Shown here piece after piece: positions 54,751-64,000 of a DNA stretch of 64,000 bases. Position 1 is the first letter of the stretch, and the number at the start of each line of letters is the position of its first letter. The notes under the pieces were generated by a model. That model was not told where the DNA came from and did not search any database. It was given only the letters and a program-made list of their open reading frames with translations. The stretch is from Camelus dromedarius. Taxonomy: Eukaryota. The DNA is taken from positions 30,196,001 through 30,260,000 of the forward strand of contig NC_087437.1 in assembly GCF_036321535.1 (NCBI RefSeq). The letters are read 5' to 3'. Both the position numbers and the translations under genes were made by a program.

Positions 54751-56289
54751 CCCTAGGTAAAGGGTCCTAAAATACAAAGTCTGATTATCATGAATTGGTA
54801 AATAAAACCCTGCTGCTGTTAAGGCTGGTTTATCTAATAGACTTATCTCTAAGGCATTAACGTCAAAATATTGAAACAGATTAAATAAAGAATCAATTCT
54901 GAAATTATATCATCATAAAATTAAATTTGAGATTAAGCCCAAGGTCACAATGCAAAGAAGAAAAAGGTGTATCTGGAATACATATCAAGTTTTTGGGACT
55001 ATACAGCTGATGCCAATGTCATATAAGCCATATTTATGTGTGTTATACTATGCAGTCTATCCATGTAAGCAGACCTTCATGGGAACTAAATTATAATCAA
55101 AAAGGAACCTCATGAGTATGTAATCAGATGGAAAAAAGCTTATTATTTATCTGAATGCTTAATGTGTATGTTGTTATGTAATACCTGCTAAGTAAACAAT
55201 TTTATTCATCCTTAAATCACAATTGTTTTAGCTATCAACATAGAGGTTAAATATATTGCAAATGTGTGACTATAAGCAAGCAGTTACAAAAGGAAACATT
55301 AAATAAAATACATAACAAACATTCTGTGTCATTATGGGTCAGTTACTTAGCCTCTTTAGGTCTCAGTCTTGCACCTTGTAACCTGTTCTACTGGATAATT
55401 TTGGGTAAGCATATAGGTTTGTTTGTTTTTTTCTTGGCAAAAGAATAACTTGGTGCTTGGAGTAATTATGTTTACACTGAAAAATTGGAAGAAATATTTT
55501 TCTAACATGATTGGGAGGTATAATGGGCCACTATTAGTTGCTATTGGCATGCATTCTCTTTGAATTGACCAAAACTTACCCTCTATTGTATGCTAATTTT
55601 ATACTAACCTGTTGTGAGTGTAAAAATATATTCTACTCATGGATGGTTTGTGTAATGATTTCCTTCCACAGTGTGTTCAGGGAGAGGCTTCTATCTTTAG
55701 TTTTATTTGAAATATGAATTTCAATTTGATTTTTACTGAAGAGAGATGGTGTTTCTTCAAGAGAAAAACAGATGACCTTTAAAAATATGATGACAGAAGG
55801 ACTATGCGTACTCAATGAAATTTGTGTAGTTTAATATTCAGAGATAATTTTGAGAGATTACTTTTGAGAGCCCAGGGATGAAGCATAGGGAAGTATATCC
55901 CAACCAAAATAATAAGAGGAGATTTTTATTTATTAACCTTTATAGAATCTAGTAAACTGCCTCAGCTCTTCTCTATTCCTTTTATCTCTTCAGATTTGTC
56001 TTATCCTTTAAAATGCCAGTTTGAATCTCTTTTCTTCTCTTCTCTAAAGTTTCTTCTAACTTTTCCAGGCCTCAGGAATTTAATTCTTCTCTGGATGCCT
56101 ACAATCTGTGCCAAATATTTTAACTGTTAATTCCATTGATTCTTGTTGTCTCACAGTATTATCACCTGGATTAGATCAAAAGTTTCTTGTGGTCAGAAAT
56201 CATGATATATAGTTCTTTTATTATTCCAAATTGCTTAACACAGTGATGAGTACATGGTTGGTAATTAGTAAATATTTGTTGCTTATATT

Positions 56290-57520
56290 TTAGCTCTTTA
56301 TTATGAGAAATTTCAAAATAATCTAAGTAACCCATGAATCCATTACCAGTATCAATAATTACCAACTCATGATCAATTTTTTCATCTTTATCCCTGCACA
56401 TTTCCTACCCTGTCATTTTGAATCAGATGTCTAACTTCTTTTATCTGGAAATATTTCAGTATATGTCTCTAAAGGTAAGAATACTTTTACAGACATAGGT
56501 CATTATGAGGTAATTAGACTTGCATACCCCATTTTATTGCACTTCACTTTATTATGCTTTGCAGACACCATGTGTTTTACAAATTGAAAGTTTGTGGCAA
56601 CCCTGCTTCAATTAAATCTTTTGGTGACATTTTCCCAATAGCATTCACTCACTTTGTGTCTCTGTGTCACGTCGCGGTAATTCTCATAATATTTCAAACT
56701 TTTTCACTATTAGTATATTTGTTATGGTGATCTGTGATCAGTGAGCTTTGATGTTATTATTTTAATTGTTTTGGCATTTTTTTGGCAACAAGTATTTTTA
56801 ATTAAGTTATGTACATTGGGTTTTTTAGATATAATGCTATTTCACACTTAGTATACTACAGTATAGCATAAATATAACTTTTGTTTGCCCTGGGAACCAA
56901 AATATTCATGTGACTCATTTTATTGTAGTATTCACTTTATTTCAGTAGTCTGGAACCAAACCTGCAATATCTTTGAGCTATACTACCTAGGGTAATTAAA
57001 TATAATTGCATGATGATATACAATATTTGATTAGTGTTCAAAATATCCTTGATTGTCTTCTTTTATATAACTTGTTAGAATCAGGATCTATATAAGATCC
57101 AAAATTCCAATTGACACAGGGCTCTTAAGTTTCTAGGTTATCCTCTTCATATTTGTTTTGTTTTGGTTTCTTCTTTTTCAATTTATTTGTTGAATAAAGG
57201 GAATAATCTGTCCTGTGGTGTTGCCAACATTTGGATTTTGTTGAATGTCTTCCTGTGGTGTCATTTAACAAGTTTGTCTTTATACTGCCAAAGGTGTTGT
57301 AGTTAGATCTAGAGATTTATTAAGAGTTTATTTTCTTTTAGAAGACTATTTCAAAGAATTAACATGTGTTCTTGAATCTGGAGATACACAATACTTAGTT
57401 GCCACTTTTTTATGATTTTTAGCTGTCTTTGTTATTCATTGCATAAATCCATTCATTAGAGTGGCGACTTTCTAAGTCTATCATTTATTAGTTGGAATAT
57501 TTATCTAAAAAGAAAATTCC
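56290..57520 (-). mobile_element. L1MC-like 3' fragment, host of the Tigger element
   Basis: TTTATTATGAGAAATTTCAAA...AATATTTCAGTATATGTCTCTAAA...TTAGAATCAGGATCTA. Confidence 0.6.
56519..56985 (+). mobile_element. Non-autonomous Tigger1 deletion derivative (Tigger1a_Art-like) nested in an old L1
   Basis: Tigger1 left end (ACAAATTGAAAGTTTGTGGCAACCCTGC...GTTATGGTGATCTGTGATCAGTGA) joined near 56772 to the Tigger1 right end (ATAATGCTATT...GTCTGGAACCAAACCTGCAATATCT). No transposase. Confidence 0.88.
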
Positions 57521-57685
57521 TGACAACAACCTGCACTCCTGCCAAAGTGCTTGACTTCAGTTGCATCCAACTGTGTAACAACTGATTCAACAATTATTTA
57601 AAAAATAAAAAAACTAGCCAGCAATTAGTAGTGATTAAGAATGGCATGTGATACCAACAAAAAGACCAATTAGATACTTAATGGG

Positions 57686-57792
57686 GTGCTCACTTCGGTA
57701 GCACATATACTAAAATTGGAATGATACAGAGAAGATTAGCATGGCCCCTGTGCAAGAATGACATGCAAATTTGTGAAGTGTTCCACATTTTT
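57686..57792 (+). pseudogene. RNU6: Full-length U6 snRNA retrocopy, 5' part of a U6/L1 chimera
   Basis: GTGCTCACTTCGGTAGCACATATACTAAAATTGGAATGATACAGAGAAGATTAGCATGGCCCCTGTGCAAGAATGACATGCAAATTTGTGAAGTGTTCCACATTTTT (107 nt) matches mammalian U6 end to end, including the ACAGAGA box. By manual comparison there are 9 substitutions, 6 of them CpG transitions. It is fused to L1 and flanked by TSDs. Confidence 0.97.
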
Positions 57793-58085
57793 GAAAACAA
57801 ACTTATGGTAACTAGGGGGATAGAGGTAGGAAAGGATAAACTGGGAATTCAAAATTTGCAGATACTGAATGGTATATATAAAATGGATAAACAAGTTTAT
57901 ATTGTGTAGCACAGGGAACTATATTTGATATTTTATAGTAGCTTATTGTGAAAAAAGAATATGAAAATGAATATATATATATTTTTGTATAACTAAGCAA
58001 TGTGCTGTACACCAGAAATTGACACAACATTGTAAACTGACTATACTTCAATAAAAAAATAAATTAAATTAAATTTTTTAAAAAA
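57793..58085 (+). mobile_element. L1 3' UTR plus A-rich tail, 3' part of the U6/L1 chimera
   Basis: GAAAACAAACTTATGG...TAGCACAGGGAACTATA...ACAACATTGTAAACTGACTATACTTCAATAAAAAAA is homologous to the 3' end of the L1 at about 34040-34305. TSD AGATACTTAATGGGG (57672-57686) / AGAAACTTAATGGGG (58086-58100). Confidence 0.93.
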
Positions 58086-61000
58086 AGAAACTTAATGGGG
58101 AGATCAGGAAAGGAGACAGTCAAAGAGAGTAAGCTAAAATCACAATCATACTTCATACTGAATAAGACTATGTTTGTATTCCAGATGGTGCTTCTTTAAG
58201 AGTGATGTCAAAAACTGTATACTATGGGTAAAATAGACTTCACTAAATTAGTCTAGCCAGGTCACTTAAAAAAAGAGACAAGCAAACAACATCAACAAAC
58301 ACTGGGGATATGAATCAATATTCAAGGTGCTTACAATATATTATCAAAAATGTCCAGCCTTTGGCAAAGATTAAGAGACATCCAAAGAAACAGGGAAGTT
58401 TGACCCATACTCAGGAACAAAAGCAGACAATGTAAACTCAAAAATATTTAGCAGGTTTAAATATCAGACTTAACCAGACAAAGAATTTAAAGAAACTACA
58501 TAGATATGTTTAAAAACTAAAGAAAATCATGTTTAAAGAATTAAAGACAGATATAATGACAATGTCACATCAGATGGTAGAAATCATTTAAAAAGAGCCA
58601 AATGAAAAGTCTAGAATTCAAAAATACAGTAACTAAAATGATGAGATCGCTGAATGGCTTAACAACAGATTTGAGCTTGTGAAAGGAAGAATCCATGAAA
58701 CTGAGGATAGCTAATAGAGATTATGCAATCTAAATAACAGAGAAAAAAACAATAGAGAAAAATAAAGAGAACTTCAGAGAAATGTGGAATGCCTTTAAGT
58801 GCATCTAGATATGTGTAATGAGAACACTCAAAGAAGAGGAGAAAGAGAAAAAGGCAGAAAAAAATAAAGAAATAATGGCTGAAAACTTCTCAGTTTGATG
58901 TAAAATATCTATATATCCAAGAGGTTCAAAAAAGTCTGATGAACACAAAGAGATTCATACCCATGCACATCATAGACAGAATGCTGAAAGACAAAGACAA
59001 AGAGAAAATATTGAAAACATCAAGAGAAAAGTGTCTCATCACATACAAGGGAACACCAATAAGAGTAACAGCTGACTTCTCATCAAAACAATGTGCTGGA
59101 AAAAAAATGCCTAAGAATCTTACATCCAGCAAAACTATCTTTGAAAAATGAAGACAAAATAACGATATTGCCAGATAAATAAAAGGTGAGCAAATTCACC
59201 AATAGTAGAGCTACCTTACAAGAATCACTAAAGGAAGTTCTCCAAGTTGAAAGCAAGTGGCTATAGTTTGACCTATAATATATAGAAATATTATAAATAT
59301 ATATATATATATTTAACAGCACAGGCCCAAAATGCATGAAGCAAAAACAGAAATAAAGAGAGAACTAGACGATTCAACAATATTTAGAGACTTTGATAAT
59401 CCCCTGCAATACAGAAGAGAACAACTAGAGAGGAATAGAAGAACTGAACAACAAGGAAATAAAAGACTTGAATAACACCATAAACCAAGTAGACCTAACC
59501 CACATTTGTAGAACACTTCACCCAACAACAGCAGAATATACATTTACCTGACACATATATGGAACATTTTCCATGTTAGACCATATGTTAAACCATAAAA
59601 CAAGCCTCAATCAATCTAAAAGGGTTGGAATTGTACAAAATATGTTCTCTAACTATAAGGAATTTAAATTAAAAATAAGTACCAGAAAAAACTTCAGGAA
59701 ATTTGTAAATATGCGGAAATTAAAGAATATACTCTGAAATAACCAGTGGGTCAAAGAAGAACTCACTGTGGAAATTAGAAAATACTTCTAAAGAAATAAA
59801 AACAGAACACAGAAAGCCAAAAATTGTTATATGCAAGTAAAGCAGTACTCAGAGGGAAATTTATACTTGCAAATGCCTTTCTAAAAATGAAGAAAGATCT
59901 TTTAATACATAATCTAACTTTTCACCTTAGAAACTGGAAAAAGAAGAGCAAAACACACCCAAAGATAGAAAAAGAAAGAAAGAATAAAACTTATAGTAGA
60001 GATCAATATAATAGAAAATAGAACAGTAAAAAAAGAAATCAGTGAATTCAAAAGTTTTCAAAAGAATTCACTTCTTGGAAAAGATCAACAAAATTGACAG
60101 AGGGAAAACTCAATTATTGAAGATAAGGAAATTAACAGGAGACATCATTACTGATCTTACAGAAATGAAAAGGATTGAAAAGGAATACTTAGAGCAACTA
60201 GTTAGAAATGCCAACAAACTGGATAACTTAAATGAGATGGACAAATTTCTAGAAAGAGACAAACTATAAACTGACTCGAGAAAAGACAATGTACATAAAC
60301 AAATAACAAGTAGTGAGATTGAACTAGTCGTGTGAAAACTTCCCCAAAACAAAAACCTAGGTCAGATGGCTTCCCTGGTGAATTCTACCAAACATTTAAA
60401 GGATTATTACTAATCCTTCACAAACCCTTTAAAACAATAGAAGTGGAAGCATTACCTCCCAACTCATCCTCTAAGATCAGTATTAGCCTGATATCAAAAC
60501 CAGACAAAAATAACGGAAGAAAAGAAAACCATAAAACAGTTTATCTCATAATTATAGTTACAGAAATCTTCAACAACATACTAGCAAACCAATCAAGCAA
60601 AAAAATTATATACTATGGCCTAGCACAACAAGGTTGGATTACCATTCCAAAATCAATTCCTGTAGTATACTTTGCTAATAGAATAAAGAACAAAATTGCA
60701 TGGCCATCTCAATAGATGCAGAAAAAATTCATTTGACAAAATATAATACTCCTTCATAACAAAAACATTTACAAACTAAAAATAGTTGGGAACTTCATCA
60801 ATCTAATAGAAGACATCTGTATAAAACAGCTAACCTCATACATAATGGTAAAAGACTGAAGACAAGCAGGAACAAGACAACATATCAAGAACAAGACTAG
60901 ATGTCTCCTCTGCCACTTCTTTAACATTTTACTAAAGGTTGTAGGCAGGGCAGTTAAGAAAAGAGAAAAGAAATAAAAGGAGTCCAGATTGGAAAGGTAG

Positions 61001-63284
61001 AAGTAAAACTATCTCTACTCACAGATGGCCTGATCTTGCATATAGGAAATCCTAAGGAGTCCATATACACACAAAAAAATTATAATGAATAACAGTTTCA
61101 ATAAGTTTATAGAATATAAGATCAATACACAATAATCAATTGTATTTCTATGCACTTGCATTAAAGAATCTGAAAAATGAATGTAAGAATATAATTTCAT
61201 TTATAATAGCATCAGGGAGAATGAAATACTTAGGAATAAATTTAAGGAAAAAACTACAGGCTTGTATACTAAAAACTATAAAACATTGTTGGATAAAATT
61301 AAAGATCTAAATAAAGACATCTCATGGTTATGGAATGGTAGACTTAATATTGTTAATGTGGCAGTGGTCCCCAAATTGATCTATAGATTTAATGCAATCC
61401 CTATGAAAACTATAGCTGGCTTTTTTTTTTTTGCATAAATTGAGAATTTGATTCTAAAATTCATATGAGACCCATAATAGCCAAAGTAATGCTGAAAGAA
61501 ACATGAAATTGAAGAACACAGTTTCTATTTTCAACACTTACTACAAAACTACAATAATCAACAAAGTATGGAATAGGCATAATGTTAGATATGAACACCA
61601 ATAGAATAGAACTGAGAGTCCAGAAATAAGCTCTTAGATTTACTGTCATTGATTTTCAACAAGGACAAACAATGTACAAAGAATAGTTTTTTTTTCAATA
61701 AATAGGACTGGGACAACTGGATGTACATATGTAGAAGAATAAATTTGGATCCCTACTTCTCACTGCACACAAAAATTAACTCAAATTGGACCACAGACCT
61801 AAATATAAGAGCCAAAACTATAAAAAATCTTAGAAGAAAACACAGAAGTACATCTTCATTATCTTGGGTTAGGCAATGGTTTCTTAGCCAAAAGCAAAAT
61901 AGGAAAAGAACAAAATAGATAAAATAGATTTCATCAAAATAAAAAACTTTGTACCACAAGTGATACCATGAAGAAAGTAAAAGAACATGCCACAGAATGG
62001 GATAAAATATTTGCAAATAATATATCTATCTGATAAGGGATTCTCCCCCCTCCAATTTAAAAACCCTTTACCACTCAATAATAGAAAATAAAGAATCCAG
62101 TTTAAAATGGGCAAAAGATCTAAATAATTTTTTTCTAAAAAGATGTACAAATGACAAATAAGTGCATGAAAATATGCTTAACATCATTATTAGGGAAAAG
62201 CAACCTTGAGGTACCACTTTACATTCACTAAATGTCTATATCAAAAAAGACCAACAATTACAAGCATTGGTGAGGATGTAGAAAAATTGGAAGCCTCATT
62301 CGCTGCTGTTGGGAATGTAGAACGGTACAGCCACTTTTGAAAACAGTTCGGCAGTTTCTCAAAATGTTAAACCTAGAGTTATACATGAACCAGAAACTCC
62401 ATTCCTGAGTATATATCCAAGAGAAATACAAAGACAAGTATTCACAAAATCTATGCATGAATTTTCACAGTTCTCTTCATAATAGCCAAAAAATGAAAAC
62501 AACTCAAATATCCAGCAAGTGATGAATGAATAAATAAATAGGATGTATCCATAAAAAATAAGTTGTTATGCAACAAAAAAATAAAGTACTGATATATACT
62601 ATGGCACGGATGAACCTTGAAAACACTATGCTAAGTGAAAAAAAGCCAGCTACAAAAGACTGCTTATTGGATAATGTCATTTCATGTGAAATCTATAGAG
62701 ACTGAAAACTAAATTAGCGGTTGTCTAATCTCTTGCAGTCGGGGTTGAGCTGGGTAATAGTAACTGGCTGCTAATGGGTACATGGTTTCTTTTAGGAGTG
62801 ATAAAATGTTCTAAAATTTGAATGTAGTGATGGTTGCTTAACTCTGTGAATATACCATAAAACAATGAATTAGAAATTTTAAATGTGTGTATTTCATGGT
62901 ATGTGAATTAGATATCCATAAACTTAATCAATTTCATTTAAAAAACCCATGTGCAATTAGGTCTGTTTTTAAATTTTCTATCCTTTTTCTTTGGTCTGTT
63001 TAATTGTAAATACTATACTGTTTTAACTGCAGAAATTTCATAATGTTTTTCAGTCTCACATGGCTAGTTGGCTCCCTTTGTACATGTTATTGGGATTTCC
63101 TGCATATTCTTGCTTGTTTTTCTCTCTGAATTTTATAATCAACTTGTCTAACTCCAGAAAAACCCACTCCTGTTATTTTTATTGGTATTGCGTTCAATTT
63201 GTGGCTTATCCTGGGGAGTTAAAAAGCAGATCTATAAATCTTTTGTTAATTAGGCAGTTGATATGTAATGCGGAAAATGTTGTA

Positions 63285-63430
63285 TGTAGCACAGTGGAAG
63301 AGAATGAGTTTGGGGGAAATCTAATTCAAATTCAGATTTGTTTGCCCCCTAATAAGATGTGCAAACTTAGACAAGTTGATTAATTTCTCTATGCTTGAGT
63401 TTTCTAATTTAGAAAATAGAGATAATACTT
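63285..63430 (+). mobile_element. MIR SINE remnant
   Basis: ACTTAGACAAGTTGATTAATTTCTCTATGCTTGAGTTTTCTAATTTAGAAAATAGAGATAATA, the MIR core. Other MIR-like pieces lie near 700-830, 1860-2020, 2630-2850, 14880-15010 and 20000-20230. Confidence 0.7.
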
Positions 63431-63463
63431 AGATATAGTGAATATATACATAAATAAACATAC

Positions 63464-63544
63464 ATCAGGTATATAAGATTTGCAAATATTTTATCCCATT
63501 CTGTGGCATGTTCTTTTACTTTCTTGATGGTATCACTTGCAGTA
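63464..63544 (-). repeat. Inverted copy of 61952-62034 (L1-derived); core 63478-63539 is 61/62 identical to 61957-62018
   Basis: Manual reverse-complement alignment. Confidence 0.93.
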
Positions 63545-63887
63545 TGATTAATTTGGGAATTAAACCTCTATAAGTGTGTGGATTTTTCTGGTTCTTTTGC
63601 TTTTCTCTCTAATGCACTCTTAATGCTTAGTATCTGGTCTGTTGTAGAATCTGAATACATATTTACTGGATAAAAGAGTGAAATATCTGTTAGGGTTTGC
63701 TGCATGTAATGGGTAATCAAATGTTAGTTCCTTTTTTTCCTTTATTTTAGAAATAATGCCAGCATCAAATTTACAGTGATAATCTTAAATTATTTTCTTT
63801 GTCTCTTTATATTACTGAAATATTTTGTATGAAAGTCATGACCATTTTCTTCTATGATATAATTTACTACAAAATTTTCTATTGCAT

Positions 63888-64000
63888 ATTTTTTTATTGA
63901 AGTATAGTCAGTTTACAATGTTGTGTCAATTTCTAGTGTACACCACAATGCTTCAGTCATACATGACAATACATATATTCGTTTTCATATTCTTTTTCAA
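63888..64000 (-). mobile_element. Young L1 3' end running off the window
   Basis: TTTTTTTATTGAAGTATAGTCAGTTTACAATGTTGTGTCAATTTCTAGTGTACA, the same family as the L1 part of the U6 chimera. Confidence 0.88.

Larger units (their letters stand above)
57525..62945 (+). mobile_element. Long decayed L1 (L1MB-like): 5' UTR, ORF1 and ORF2 remnants, 3' UTR; host of the U6/L1 chimera
   Basis: ORF1 remnant (KDKEKILKTSREKCLITYKGTPIRVTADFSS). ORF2 remnants (KAVLRGKFI, LEKINKID, DGFPGEFYQTFK). 3' end GCTGCTAATGGGTACATGGTTTCTTTT...GTATGTGAATTA. Many stops and frameshifts. Confidence 0.9.

Noticed and set aside
57686..57792. Functional U6 snRNA gene
   Set aside because: It sits in L1 sequence with no evident upstream PSE/TATA, has CpG-decay substitutions, is fused to an L1 tail and is flanked by TSDs.
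57721..57909. 62-aa ORF MIQRRLAWPLCKNDMQ...
   Set aside because: Chance translation of the U6 copy and the adjacent L1 UTR.
58926..62458. Reverse transcriptase/endonuclease-like ORFs as a novel retroelement system
   Set aside because: Short frameshifted remnants of ordinary L1 ORF1/ORF2. The same applies to ORFs at 28486-29274, 32703-33750 and 41028-42782.
1..64000. CRISPR array, operon or prokaryotic defence system
   Set aside because: The sequence is mammalian repeat-rich DNA, with no regularly spaced direct repeats or long ORFs.

Overview
AT-rich, CpG-depleted mammalian genomic DNA, intronic or intergenic. It is most likely a camelid (alpaca/llama/camel): it carries a tRNA-Ala-derived Vic-1-type SINE, artiodactyl-type L1 3' ends and a short Tigger1 derivative, and I saw no Alu, B1/B2, BovB or PRE-1. 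A large share of the window is decayed transposons (L1 of several ages, L2, MIR, MLT1/MLT2/MER21-like LTRs, MER5/MER20/Tigger1) plus long microsatellites. I could not recognise any protein-coding gene. The ORF track is explained by broken L1 ORF1/ORF2, simple repeats and chance. Best-supported unusual items: (1) a full-length U6 snRNA fused to an L1 3' end inside one 15-bp target-site duplication (57686-58085); (2) a 62-bp, 61/62-identical inverted copy of an old L1 segment about 1.5 kb from its source; (3) L1s with the 5' end joined directly to far-downstream sequence; (4) candidate non-coding minus-strand exons and a dense transcription-factor motif cluster in unique DNA. I found no convincing new biological system. 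Repeat subfamily names come from recalled consensus sequences and need RepeatMasker/Dfam confirmation. Boundaries without a stated TSD are approximate.
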